Origin: an uncultured Aquimarina sp.
GTDB taxonomy: Bacteria; Bacteroidota; Bacteroidia; Flavobacteriales; Flavobacteriaceae
DNA length: 64,000 nt
NCBI GenBank assembly: GCA_947493495.1
Contig: CANLRN010000016.1
Coordinates: 1,404-65,403, forward strand
Direction: 5' to 3'
In this document: positions 11,401 to 20,984 of the stretch, piece after piece
Position numbering within the stretch: the stretch's first letter is position 1
Layout of the letters: the number at the start of each line of letters is the position of its first letter
The notes under the pieces: model-generated
Seen by the model: only the letters and a program-made list of their open reading frames with translations
What the model was told of the DNA's origin: nothing
The model's database searches: none
Made by a program: the position numbers and the translations under genes

Positions 11401-11512
11401 CTAATGCTTGATTAAAAAGTACTAATTCATTAGTGTAAATTGCAGATTGCTGCGCATTAATCGCAGAGGATAGGATCGCGACAAAGAGCATTAGTATGAT
11501 ATGCTTATTCAT
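8495..11512 (-). CDS. Large tetratricopeptide-repeat envelope protein
   Basis: 1005 aa with many TPR-like units (YYLGFIAY, YQLGYAYY, YYHLAESY, YNLGYTYF); signal peptide. Confidence 0.9.
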   Translation of the reverse strand: MNKHIILMLFVAILSSAINAQQSAIYTNELVLFNQALELYNNKQFLAAQNLFDKVRDSVDDENIDAECTYYIANCAVWLNQKGADGLMEDFVTEYPTSIKRNAAYLDVANYYFDNGKYAYARKWYDKVDEGNMNRSQKEKFNFNNGYAYFKIQRFNEAKKFLNKVAESDEYGAQAKYYLGFIAYEGDNYQEADKLFDEVKDLDQYNKNLSYFQSDMNFKSGEFQKAIDDGLGQLPNSKPSEKSELNKIIGESYFNLEQYDKAIPYLKGYKGRKGKWNNTDYYQLGYAYYKGGDYTNAISEFNKIIGGSNATAQNAYYHLAESYLKSDKKQEALNAFKNASEMEFSAEIQEDALVNYAKLSYEIGNSYEPVSKVLLRYIDTYGNAEHKSEIEELLISSYITSKNYKEAMELLEGSRKFEDKAVYQKVAFFRGIELYNEGNYPDAKKYFEKSLTQQTDPKYTAKAIYWNSESDYLLNNYDEALVGFKQFSGSAEANSTTEYEHINYNLGYTYFKLKQYKQAANFFDTYTKKSSVDEVRLTDTYLRLGDSHFITSNYWPAMEAYNKAIKKGGADADYAHYQKAISYGFVKKNDKKISDLELFLKKYTRSTYRDDAIFALGNTYVAENNTRRGIEVYDQLIREVPRSSYVPKVLLKQGLIYYNGNQGDRALTKFKKVVADFPGTDEAVQAVNTARLIYVDLGRTSEYSDWVKGLSFVDVTDADLDNTSYEAAEKQFLEGSATAAITGFQKYLNEFPKGLHALKSHFYLAELLYKKGDKQETITHYQYIVQNERTEYTEQALVQLSQIYLENKTYEKAIPILERLEKEADFPQNIIFAQSNLMKAHYQLVHYQETIQYAEKVLENPKIQNDVKSDAQIFIARAALQTSDDVRAKKAYAEVQKIATGALAAEALYYDAFYKYKDGDYKTSNEAVQKLAKNYSGYKLYGAKGLVLMAKNFYSLGDAYQATYILESVTKNFNDYPDVVREAKSELSKIKTEEAKTNSSIQTEQ

Positions 11513-11690
11513 ATATTTCTTTAAAATTTAGATATTATAGTATATACCAGAATATCTGATTACTAGAAATTTCAAGGATTGGCCTTGACCAAATTTTTAA
11601 AAGAGTAAATATCGCTTCCCGTGAATAATTTTTGTGTTAAAGATACCCTAATCTTCATCTTAATAACGAAACATTTTAGAGATAATTACA

Positions 11691-12620
11691 TTAGGGCTCA
11701 TTTTTTGGATTGGTTAGTATCTCATTTATGATTTTTGTATATTTTTTTGCGCCTTTTGGGTTCAGATGATCCGCATCATAAAAATCTGTGTCTTCTAATC
11801 TAGAATCTGCTCTCAGATTGATATACTTTGCATTAGAATTAGCACTTTCTAATATTTGACAACTTGTTGTGATCTTTTTCAATTTTTTCATGTTTAAGGC
11901 ACTCAAATAACAGCTATGCACTGGTAGATCCACTAAATAAACAGTACAGCTTATTTTTTTGCAATAATCAATGACAGATTGGATTCTAGCAAGATTTCGT
12001 TCAAAATCTAGTGATCCATCTATATGCATTCTCGCTCTTTCTAATCCATTTTTACATAGATCAATATCGCTACTCACATTATAGATGTTTCCCCATCCAT
12101 TCTTATCACATTTTACGTGTGTCCCCTTATCAAAATAGTCTTTGATAAATTCTAAGGAGCTACTAAATCTACGAGTAAGTGACAAACTATAGTTTTTAAT
12201 ATTAAATATAGAAACAATTGGTACTTCTAATTCCATTTGGTTACTATAAAAATATTTTCGCCAGTTATCTTCTTTAGTATCTTCTTTCTGACTTAGATTA
12301 AAATAACTAATCGTAAAAATGAGTTGTTTTAGGTTTTTTAGACTATCAATATGTTTTTCAAAAAGTAATTCATCAAAATAGAGTGATTGACTCACATTGG
12401 CTATATTAAATGCTTTTGCATCTAAATATGCTGGATTAATACCGTACAATGCGTGGGAATCTCCTAAAACCAGCGTTTCTATCGTACTGTAATTTTCAGT
12501 AATTTTTTGATGCTTATATGAATAGTTAGATGCTGTCGTTCGATAAAAATATTCTAAAGCCCCCCAAATGAGTAATATTGGGATTAGAAAAATCACTATT
12601 TTTTTTAGAAAAACCTTCAT
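11691..12620 (-). CDS. SGNH-hydrolase-like (AlgJ/DltD-type) membrane-anchored acyltransferase partner
   Basis: N-terminal TM anchor, LVLGDSH (GDS block I) and DADHLN (DxxH) motifs; starts 2 bp after the MBOAT stop. Confidence 0.65.
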   Translation of the reverse strand: MKVFLKKIVIFLIPILLIWGALEYFYRTTASNYSYKHQKITENYSTIETLVLGDSHALYGINPAYLDAKAFNIANVSQSLYFDELLFEKHIDSLKNLKQLIFTISYFNLSQKEDTKEDNWRKYFYSNQMELEVPIVSIFNIKNYSLSLTRRFSSSLEFIKDYFDKGTHVKCDKNGWGNIYNVSSDIDLCKNGLERARMHIDGSLDFERNLARIQSVIDYCKKISCTVYLVDLPVHSCYLSALNMKKLKKITTSCQILESANSNAKYINLRADSRLEDTDFYDADHLNPKGAKKYTKIINEILTNPKNEP

Positions 12621-12622
12621 CC

Positions 12623-14044
12623 TTAAAATTGAAAATAAATAAAAGTTTGTAAATCACCTCCGTAATAAAATATTAAAAATGCAGTCGTGTAATAAATAAG
12701 GTATCTAATTTTCTTTGAAGAAATATGGTCTATATCCAGAAGATGTTCTTTCTTTTTCTGCAACCATTCTATACACATATACCCTATCAAAAACAATAAA
12801 AACCATTTGTTCCCTTGGGGCATCGTAAATAGAGAATTAGAAAAAATCTTACTTATATACAAAAAAGCTTCTGTAATCGTCTCTGCTCTAAAAAAAATCC
12901 AGGCCATGGTGACTATAAAAAAAGTAATCCCTATTCTAATAAGATCAAGAAATGCATAATTTTTACGTGCAAAGAATCTCTCTGTATTCGTATATTTATT
13001 TATAAAAATAGTTACAAGTAATACCACTCCATGAAGTACTCCCCACAGTACAAAGGTTAGATTAGCTCCATGCCATAACCCACTCAGTAAAAAAACAATC
13101 AGAATATTAAAAACTAATCTAGGATTAGATACTCTGTTTCCGCCTAGAGCAATATACACATAATCCCTAAACCAGGTAGATAAAGAAATATGCCATCGCC
13201 GCCAAAACTCAATTAGATTTTTTGATAAATACGGGAAATTAAAATTCTTCATTAAATCAAAACCTAATAATTTGGATGTCCCTATGGCCATATCAGAATA
13301 GCCAGAAAAATCTCCATAAATCTGAAATCCAAAAATGATAGCTCCACACAATAGCGTACTACCAGAATACTCTTGATAATTATCAAACAGGTTATTTACA
13401 ATCAAAGCACAATTATCAGCGATAACCATTTTTTTAAATAATCCACCTAAAATCAATTGTAAGCCGCATATACTTTTTTTATAATCAAAAATTCTTTTCT
13501 TTTCAAATTGTGGCAGCAAGTGGGTTGCCCTCTCAATAGGACCTGCAACTAGTTGAGGAAAAAAAGAAACAAAAGCAAAAAAAGAAACAATATCAGTAGT
13601 AGGTACTATTCTTTTCTTGTATACATCGATTGTATAACTTAATGTCTGGAACGTATAAAAACTAATTCCTACTGGAAGTACAAATGCCAACGAGCTATGT
13701 GATATTGGTTTACCGAACAACAAAAAAACCTCTGCGAACGTTTCTATAAAGAAATTAAAGTATTTAAAAACAAACAGCATCCCTATGTTAAAAAATAAAC
13801 TGATACTTAATACTAATTTTCTAGTGTTATTAGTAGTCAGTTGTATTTTTTGAGCTACCATAAAATCGATAAGAGAACTCATAAAAATCAATGCCAAAAA
13901 ACGCCAATCCCAAAAGGAATAAAATAAATAGCTAACACTTAGTAGAAAAACATTTTGAATTTTTATGGATCGATTACATACAAACCAATACAACACAAAA
14001 ACTATTGGAAAGAAAACAGCAAAATCAATGGTGTTAAATTGCAA
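12623..14044 (-). CDS. MBOAT family O-acyltransferase (AlgI/PatA/DltB-like)
   Basis: LPVGISFYTFQ, SFFPQLVAGPIER, YGDFSGYSDMAIG, FWRRWHISLSTWFRDYVY and SGLWHGAN motifs. Confidence 0.93.
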   Translation of the reverse strand: MQFNTIDFAVFFPIVFVLYWFVCNRSIKIQNVFLLSVSYLFYSFWDWRFLALIFMSSLIDFMVAQKIQLTTNNTRKLVLSISLFFNIGMLFVFKYFNFFIETFAEVFLLFGKPISHSSLAFVLPVGISFYTFQTLSYTIDVYKKRIVPTTDIVSFFAFVSFFPQLVAGPIERATHLLPQFEKKRIFDYKKSICGLQLILGGLFKKMVIADNCALIVNNLFDNYQEYSGSTLLCGAIIFGFQIYGDFSGYSDMAIGTSKLLGFDLMKNFNFPYLSKNLIEFWRRWHISLSTWFRDYVYIALGGNRVSNPRLVFNILIVFLLSGLWHGANLTFVLWGVLHGVVLLVTIFINKYTNTERFFARKNYAFLDLIRIGITFFIVTMAWIFFRAETITEAFLYISKIFSNSLFTMPQGNKWFLLFLIGYMCIEWLQKKKEHLLDIDHISSKKIRYLIYYTTAFLIFYYGGDLQTFIYFQF

Positions 14045-14175
14045 AATACAAAATGCTATGAATTCTTCGGAAAAATACTCAAAATCAACGTGGATAAAAA
14101 ACCATTTTTAATAAATACATTTGTACATAAACTTTTTATTTTTACTAAAATTAATTAAACACCGATTCTCTACGC

Positions 14176-14859
14176 ATGTCAACTCTTGTTCTTAGCCTAA
14201 AAAATGCTTCTATTTATCAACGTGAAAATCTTATCCTATCCGATGTAAATATTGAGGTAAACAAAGGTGATTTTGTATATCTTATTGGTAAAACGGGAAC
14301 AGGCAAAAGTAGTTTTATGAAAACACTATATGGTGATATTCCATTACAAAAAGGAGAAGGAAGCATCGTAGATTTTAACCTAACTACACTTAAAGAAAAC
14401 CAAATTCCTTTTTTAAGGAGAAAATTAGGGATCGTTTTTCAGGATTTTAAATTGCTAAATGATCGTACCGTAAAGGATAATCTCATATTCGTATTAAAAG
14501 CTACGGGCTGGACAGATCAGAAAGCTATGGAAAGTAAGATTGAAAGCGTATTAGATAAAGTGGGTATGAAAACTAAGGATTTTAAATTCCCTTATCAATT
14601 ATCTGGTGGAGAACAACAAAGAATAGCTATTGCCAGAGCATTACTCAATGATCCAGAATTAATCCTTGCAGATGAGCCAACAGGTAATCTAGATCCACAA
14701 ACATCTGTAGAAGTGATGGAAGTATTACAAGACATCAATAAAAATGGAAATACCATACTTATGGCAACTCACGACTATGCGCTATTACTCAAATATCCTT
14801 CTAAAACATTAAAATGTGAAGGCAACAAAGTTTTTGAAGTCGTACAACGAAAAGGGTAA
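14176..14859 (+). CDS. ftsE: FtsE-like ABC ATP-binding protein
   Basis: Walker A GKTGTGKS, LSGGEQQR signature, ILADEPTGNLD Walker B, MATHD; FtsE-like RRKLGIVFQDFKLL. No permease gene adjacent. Confidence 0.8.
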   Translation: MSTLVLSLKNASIYQRENLILSDVNIEVNKGDFVYLIGKTGTGKSSFMKTLYGDIPLQKGEGSIVDFNLTTLKENQIPFLRRKLGIVFQDFKLLNDRTVKDNLIFVLKATGWTDQKAMESKIESVLDKVGMKTKDFKFPYQLSGGEQQRIAIARALLNDPELILADEPTGNLDPQTSVEVMEVLQDINKNGNTILMATHDYALLLKYPSKTLKCEGNKVFEVVQRKG

Positions 14860-14952
14860 TATTGTTTAGGATACATCTAATAAAGCTCTAATACCATAAG
14901 CTTGTCGTATAGTAAACATCCACTTCAATTGATTTTTTTAATACATCTTCAT

Positions 14953-14960
14953 TATATTTG
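14953..14960 (+). promoter_or_regulatory. Bacteroidota sigma70 -7 element candidate for the GT2 pair
   Basis: TATATTTG matches the established TAnnTTTG consensus, upstream of 15072. Confidence 0.4.
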
Positions 14961-15071
14961 AACTCAACAACTCTAATAGGAACAATGCTATCTCTTGTAG
15001 GTACTCTATGAATTTTCTATTAGGAAATTGAGCAAAAAAATAATTATAACCTCTAACCAAAGCATCTTTTC

Positions 15072-15950
15072 ATGTTATCAATTTTGATTCCTGTTTATAA
15101 TTATGATGCTTTTTTATTAGTTAAGGAGATACATTCTCAGGTTGTAAAGACGACTACCATTTTTGAAATACTTGTTTTTGATGATGCTTCTGAGCAGTAT
15201 CTAGAAGAAAACAAAGCCATTCACAAATTATCATACTGCACCTATATACAGTTACCCGAGAACATTGGGAGAAGCGCAATTAGAAACTTATTAGCCTCAA
15301 AAGCTACTTATGATTTTTTACTTTTTATAGATGCTGGTACATTTCCATTGAAGAAAAATTTCATCAAAACATATTTAGAAAATATAGATCAAAAGGTAGT
15401 AACTGGTGGAATGACTTATAAAAAAGAACGTCCTGAAAAACCCTATACTTTGCGATGGTTATATACCAAAGAAAGAGAATCTTTGCCCGAGAAACAACAA
15501 AGAAACCGCCCTATTATATGTTCTTCCAACTTCTTAATACAAAAAGAAGTTTTTAATACCATTACTTTTGATGAATCCTTAAAGAAATATGGTTGTGAGG
15601 ATGTTATTTTCTTCGATATGGTTGTCAAAGAAGGAATTTTAATTAAACATATAGATAATCCTGTAATCCATGATGCCAATGATGATGCAAATACTTTTAT
15701 CAAAAAAACCGAAAATGCCATCGATAACATGATTACCCTTATCGATACTAATAAAATGTCTAAAAACAGATTCAAAGTATCATCTATATACTATATAATA
15801 CATCATGTAAGAATAGATAAACTGATCTTGTTTATTTTTAAGAGGTTTAAAAATACACTAACACAAAATTTTAACTCTTCAAAACCCTCCATTCTATATT
15901 ATGATTTCTATCGTTTGGGCTATTTTTGTTTCGTAAAAAATAAAAAATAA
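15072..15950 (+). CDS. Glycosyltransferase family 2
   Basis: MLSILIPVYN, VFDDAS, NIGRSAIRN, LLFIDA (DxD-like) and YGCED motifs. Confidence 0.9.
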   Translation: MLSILIPVYNYDAFLLVKEIHSQVVKTTTIFEILVFDDASEQYLEENKAIHKLSYCTYIQLPENIGRSAIRNLLASKATYDFLLFIDAGTFPLKKNFIKTYLENIDQKVVTGGMTYKKERPEKPYTLRWLYTKERESLPEKQQRNRPIICSSNFLIQKEVFNTITFDESLKKYGCEDVIFFDMVVKEGILIKHIDNPVIHDANDDANTFIKKTENAIDNMITLIDTNKMSKNRFKVSSIYYIIHHVRIDKLILFIFKRFKNTLTQNFNSSKPSILYYDFYRLGYFCFVKNKK

Positions 15951-16900
15951 TGCCTTTTTTCTCTGTTGTCATTCCTGTATATAACAAACAAGCTCATATT
16001 AGAGCGACTATTACTTCTGTATTGCTACAAGAAGAAAAGGATTATGAGATCATTATTGTTAATGATGGTTCTACTGATGAGAGTAAAAAAATTATTCTAG
16101 AATTTGATGATCCTAAAATCAGGTGTTTTTCGACAGAAAACAAAGGGGTTTCAAAGGCTAGAAACTTAGGAATCCAAAAGGCAAAAGGAGAACTAATTGC
16201 TTTTCTTGATGCAGACGACTATTGGTATCCGAATCACTTAGAAATACTAGGCAAACTTTATAAAAAATTTCCGGATGCAGGCTTGTATACCACCTCATAT
16301 GAAAAAAGATTTACTGCCAAAATAAATTTTCCTGCTCAGTTTAAGCATATTGATTCTGGGAGTAACTCTCTTATGATTATCGATGATTTTTTTGAAGCAA
16401 GTACTATCGACCCTATTGCCTGGACCTCAGCTTGTGCTGTTCCTAAAACTGTTATTCAGATGTTAGGAGGATTTGATACATCCATCACTCACGGGGCTGG
16501 TGAAGACACTGATTTATGGATTAGGATTGCACTAAAGTTTCCAATAGCTTTAGCAACATTTATAACAGCTATCTATACGCTAGACGCCAACAATAGAGTT
16601 TCTAAAATCAATCCAACAAAAAGGAATTTTATGAATATGGATACCTATAAAGAAGCTGAACAATCAAATCCTAGCTTAAAAAAATACTTAGATCAAAATA
16701 GATATGCGATATCCATTTTATACAAAATGGCAGGAGATCATAATGTATCTAAAAAATATAGAGCAGAATTAAATACTAATAACCTCACCTATAAACAAAA
16801 AATAATTTTAACACTTCCAAGATCTATATTATTGCTATTAAAAAATATCAAAAACCAATTGTTAACTAGATTTCATATTAAACTATCTGCTTTTGATTAG
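15950..16900 (+). CDS. Glycosyltransferase family 2
   Basis: FSVVIPVYNK, VNDGSTD, GVSKARNLG, IAFLDADD and GEDTDLW motifs; overlaps the upstream stop. Confidence 0.92.
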   Translation: MPFFSVVIPVYNKQAHIRATITSVLLQEEKDYEIIIVNDGSTDESKKIILEFDDPKIRCFSTENKGVSKARNLGIQKAKGELIAFLDADDYWYPNHLEILGKLYKKFPDAGLYTTSYEKRFTAKINFPAQFKHIDSGSNSLMIIDDFFEASTIDPIAWTSACAVPKTVIQMLGGFDTSITHGAGEDTDLWIRIALKFPIALATFITAIYTLDANNRVSKINPTKRNFMNMDTYKEAEQSNPSLKKYLDQNRYAISILYKMAGDHNVSKKYRAELNTNNLTYKQKIILTLPRSILLLLKNIKNQLLTRFHIKLSAFD

Positions 16901-17299
16901 TTTAAACTCTTCGAAATTTCTAATGTAATCTTCTTCATCAAACACAGCTGATGCGAGTACCAAGCAAACAGATCCAGAAGAAAAATTATCTAATTCTCTC
17001 CATATACCTGGTTTTATAAGCAATCCTCTATCTGGTTTGTTTAGAGTTCTTATTTTTTTGCTTTTCCCGTCATGGAGCATCACATCAAAGCTACCACTTA
17101 ATGCAATTAGTAATTGGTACAATTTTTTATGTGCATGCCCTCCTCTCGATGCATCACTAGGTACATCATAGAGGTAGTAGGTTCGTTTAATCTCGAAAGG
17201 AATTACATCTTTTTCTATCACGGCAATGTTTCCCCTTGGGTCTTTTATTTTTGGGATTTCGATTATCTCACAATCTTCTACAGTTGTACTATTCATCAT
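16883..17299 (-). CDS. fdtA: FdtA/QdtA family sugar 3,4-ketoisomerase (cupin)
   Basis: DPRGNIAVIE, PFEIKRTYYLYDVP, RGGHAHK and CLVLAS motifs. Probable start ATG 17299 overlaps the upstream stop (ATGA). Confidence 0.85.
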   Translation of the reverse strand: MMNSTTVEDCEIIEIPKIKDPRGNIAVIEKDVIPFEIKRTYYLYDVPSDASRGGHAHKKLYQLLIALSGSFDVMLHDGKSKKIRTLNKPDRGLLIKPGIWRELDNFSSGSVCLVLASAVFDEEDYIRNFEEFKLIKSR

Positions 17300-18402
17300 G
17301 TTTTGGGTAAAAGTAATGCTTGCCATTGCGGTATTATATTTTCTATTTTAAAACGAGATACACTGGAGACTGTTCCAAGTTTACATTGCTGATAAAAATC
17401 AGCATCTTCTATCATTCTATTCAGGGCTGTAATGTATGCTTCTTCATTCTTAAAAGGTACTAATATACCATTCTTACCTGTAACAATAACCTCTGAAGGG
17501 CCAGATTTAAAATCAACTGAAACAACAGGAGTTCCCATAGCTAATGATTCGATCAAAGTCATAGGAAACCCTTCATAATTACTAGTTAGTGTAGTGAATA
17601 ATGCATTTTTTACATATGGAAAAGGGTTTTTACAAAATTCCTTAAATATAACAGAATGCCCAATACCTAATTCTTCTATTAGGTTGTGTACAAAATTCTT
17701 ATCGGGTCCATCACCTATGATGCATAGTTTCACCTGTTTATTAATAAGTTTTGATTTTGCATAAGCGTTAACTAAAAAACTATAATTTTTGGACACTTCT
17801 TCTATACGTCCGTACATCAAAATATACTTCTCTGCTGGTAGTTCTATTTTCTCTTTTGAAAGTAGCTCCCAATGTATTTTATCATAAGCATTATAAATAC
17901 ATATCCCTTTATTTAGTCCATATTCTTGTTTAAAATGCCTAACCGAAGCTTTAGAAACGCCTACTAGCTGGTATGCATTCTTATATAGATGTTTTCCTAA
18001 AAATCTACTGTTTGGAAAATAACTGCTTACATTAAAATTATGTACCACAAAAATAGTTTTTACATTTTGATAGATTATTTTATTAATAAACCATTGCTTA
18101 AACCACCTGGGTCTCGATGATGCATCTATAATGTAATCAAATTGCTCTTTTTGTATAACCCTACGGGTAATTATAAATTTACGCCACCGTTTATATATTC
18201 CAGCATTAAATACAGTACGTCTTCCTAGATTTATCAAGTTTCCTTTATAATCATACACTATTTTATCTAGAATACTTATGATTGTGATATCATAACCAGC
18301 AGCTACTAACATCTTAGATAAAATAGCACTAGACCGCTCTGCACCACCAACACCTAATGATGATACCATAATACATACTTTTATTTTTGTGCTAGTTGTC
18401 AA
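17296..18402 (-). CDS. Glycosyltransferase family 4 (GT-B)
   Basis: SLGVGGAERS, YGRIEEVSKN, IIGDGPD and YEGFPMTLIESLAMGTPVVS motifs. Confidence 0.9.
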   Translation of the reverse strand: MTTSTKIKVCIMVSSLGVGGAERSSAILSKMLVAAGYDITIISILDKIVYDYKGNLINLGRRTVFNAGIYKRWRKFIITRRVIQKEQFDYIIDASSRPRWFKQWFINKIIYQNVKTIFVVHNFNVSSYFPNSRFLGKHLYKNAYQLVGVSKASVRHFKQEYGLNKGICIYNAYDKIHWELLSKEKIELPAEKYILMYGRIEEVSKNYSFLVNAYAKSKLINKQVKLCIIGDGPDKNFVHNLIEELGIGHSVIFKEFCKNPFPYVKNALFTTLTSNYEGFPMTLIESLAMGTPVVSVDFKSGPSEVIVTGKNGILVPFKNEEAYITALNRMIEDADFYQQCKLGTVSSVSRFKIENIIPQWQALLLPKT

Positions 18403-18405
18403 ATA

Positions 18406-19701
18406 TCAAATAGTTCTATCAGGTCCGAAAAGTGATTTTCTGAACATCAAAATTAATAGTAAAAAATAAAATACATAATTAAAAAAATGAGCCATTGAAG
18501 CCCCAACAAATCCATAACGATGTACTAAATATATGCTTAAAAAGTATAAGAATGCGAATGAAATTATTTCTGTAATTATGTACTCCCAAATCATCCTTTT
18601 GGCTAAAAATTGATACGCTATTACCAATGAAGCTATCTTAAAAACATCGCCCAATAATTGCCAAGAAAATAAGCTTTCCATCGGAAGAAAATTATCAGAA
18701 TATAGTAGTTCTATAATCCAATTACGACACATATAGATAACACCAAAACCAAGTATAAAAACTGGTAATATTATTTTATAAAAATTGAAAACTTCTAATT
18801 TAAAAATCTTACTTCTATCAATCTCAGATAATTTTGGTAATAAATACAATGTAAGCAATGTAGTAATAAAGATCATATACTGATTACTAATTCTCTGTAT
18901 TGCCTCCCAATAACCAGCTGCTTCTGCACCCTCATTTGCTATAATATAATTTCTAATTTTAATTAAAATTACAGGTAACACAGTAGTAGAAATTAATGCC
19001 ATAATCGCATATGAGCTAAATTTCTTCATATACTGTACAGACACCTTATCTATAGTAATCAATTGTAAGAATGCGCTCTGTTTAAGCAATATTATAATTG
19101 TAATCAGAAATGAAATTGCTGGATTAGCAATAATAGCTATAAAAGCACCATCCAACTTATATTGCCATATCAATACTATTGTTATTAATACGCCTATAAT
19201 ACTACTAAAAATATTAATGCTAATATATTTCTTATACTTAGAAAAGCCATTAATTATCCCTAAACAAATCATATTGGCTGTATAGAATGGTAGCGCAATA
19301 GCTAGAGCCTCAAAAACATATTCAAAATTATAGTGTTGACCAAAAATAAGATCATTACACCAATTAGCTCCTATGTACAAGCCTACTGATAAGCATATAG
19401 ATACTACAAAACACAAAAAAAATGCAGTAGATATTATGGTGATTAATTCTTTTTTATTTGTTCTATTCTGTGCAGTATATTTTACAATTCCATTATATAT
19501 CCCTAATGTGCCTAATGATTGAATTGTAGTGAGCGCATTTCGAAGGTTGCCGATAAGTGCTAGGCCCTCTGCTCCTAGCAATATAGCAACTACCTTAGCA
19601 CTAATCAAACTCGTTATAGACATCACTAATACCCCAATCGCATTAAAGGAGCTGACTTTAAGCAATACATTTTTTTTAAATTTATCAAAGTATGTATTCA
19701 C
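18406..19701 (-). CDS. wzx: O-antigen/polysaccharide flippase (Wzx)
   Basis: Multi-TM protein with LLGAEGLALIG, GYWEAIQRIS and WQLLGDVFKI, typical of O-antigen translocases. Confidence 0.85.
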   Translation of the reverse strand: MNTYFDKFKKNVLLKVSSFNAIGVLVMSITSLISAKVVAILLGAEGLALIGNLRNALTTIQSLGTLGIYNGIVKYTAQNRTNKKELITIISTAFFLCFVVSICLSVGLYIGANWCNDLIFGQHYNFEYVFEALAIALPFYTANMICLGIINGFSKYKKYISINIFSSIIGVLITIVLIWQYKLDGAFIAIIANPAISFLITIIILLKQSAFLQLITIDKVSVQYMKKFSSYAIMALISTTVLPVILIKIRNYIIANEGAEAAGYWEAIQRISNQYMIFITTLLTLYLLPKLSEIDRSKIFKLEVFNFYKIILPVFILGFGVIYMCRNWIIELLYSDNFLPMESLFSWQLLGDVFKIASLVIAYQFLAKRMIWEYIITEIISFAFLYFLSIYLVHRYGFVGASMAHFFNYVFYFLLLILMFRKSLFGPDRTI

Positions 19702-19705
19702 TTAA

Positions 19706-20824
19706 CTAGTATTGATTTAGTGTCATAATGATTTTATCGATATCTGCATCTCCTAATCCCAAATTTAAAGGAATACTGACTACTTCTTTATGTATCTTTT
19801 CTGTAATTGGTAATACGAGTTCAGAAAATTCTGAAAATGCTTTTTGTTGATGTGGTGCTACAGGATAATGAATCAAATATCCGATACCACAAGTATCTAG
19901 ATAGCTACAAAAATGCGCTCGGTTTTGTACTCTAACAACAAAAAGATGAAAAACATGATCTTCTGAACCATCCCATAATGGCAAACGGATCTTAGGGTTA
20001 TCGATTTCGGCACTATATCTTTTTGCTATATTCCTCCTCACTTGGTTAGTATTCTCTAAGTCTTTTAATTTTTCTACTAAAAAAGACGCTTGTATCTCAT
20101 CAAGTCTAGAGTTTACTCCTGCATATGTACTCACATATTTTTTTGAAAAGCCATAATTACTAATACTTCGAACAATTTTTGCTAATTTTTCATTATTAGT
20201 AGTTATTGCTCCCGCATCTCCCATGGCTCCTAGATTCTTAGTAGGATAAAAGCTAAATGAAGAAGCATCACTAAGGCCACCTGCCATACGCCCATCTTGA
20301 GTTTTTGCTCCATGAGCTTGTGCTGCATCACTAATTACTAATACTTTATATTTTTTTGCTAATGCAGTAATATCATCCATAGGCGCTAACTGCCCATATA
20401 GATGTGTAGGAACAATTGCTTTTGTTTTATTGGTAATATGATGTTGTATACAATTAGGAGTTAGTACAAAAGTATCTTCATCAGGTTCTACTAGTATGGG
20501 TTTCAATCCTGCTTGTTTGATCGATAATATCGTAGCGACAAACGTATTAGCAGCTACTATAACTTCATCTCCAATATTCAATTCATTCAATACTATGTAT
20601 CCTTTTAGAATCAATGTCAGTGCATCTAACCCATTCCCTACTCCTATACAGTAATCAACACTACAAAAATCAGCGAAAGATTCTTCAAATTTTTTTACAT
20701 GAAGACCGTTTATATAATTACCTTTTTCTAAAAAATCAGAAAACTTTTTTTTCAATCGTTCATGATAAGGTCTATTAATTTTATAAAGATCCAAAAAAGG
20801 AATAAATGATTTTTGATGCTCCAT
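19706..20824 (-). CDS. DegT/DnrJ/EryC1/StrS PLP aminotransferase (FdtB/QdtB-like)
   Basis: VGNGLDAL, PTHLYGQ, DAAQAHGA, SFYPTKNLGAMGDAG (PLP Lys) and NSRLDEIQA motifs. Confidence 0.92.
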   Translation of the reverse strand: MEHQKSFIPFLDLYKINRPYHERLKKKFSDFLEKGNYINGLHVKKFEESFADFCSVDYCIGVGNGLDALTLILKGYIVLNELNIGDEVIVAANTFVATILSIKQAGLKPILVEPDEDTFVLTPNCIQHHITNKTKAIVPTHLYGQLAPMDDITALAKKYKVLVISDAAQAHGAKTQDGRMAGGLSDASSFSFYPTKNLGAMGDAGAITTNNEKLAKIVRSISNYGFSKKYVSTYAGVNSRLDEIQASFLVEKLKDLENTNQVRRNIAKRYSAEIDNPKIRLPLWDGSEDHVFHLFVVRVQNRAHFCSYLDTCGIGYLIHYPVAPHQQKAFSEFSELVLPITEKIHKEVVSIPLNLGLGDADIDKIIMTLNQY

Positions 20825-20984
20825 TATCCGAATATATAACTACCGATATAAAACTATATAAATAAGTTTACATATTGTAGTCTTCTGTTTTTTTATTATT
20901 AATAGATTTGCAAGTACCTTTATGGCAAAGATATTTCTTTTTAGATAAGACCTTACACTATGTCATTTTTTATACAGTTTTCTA

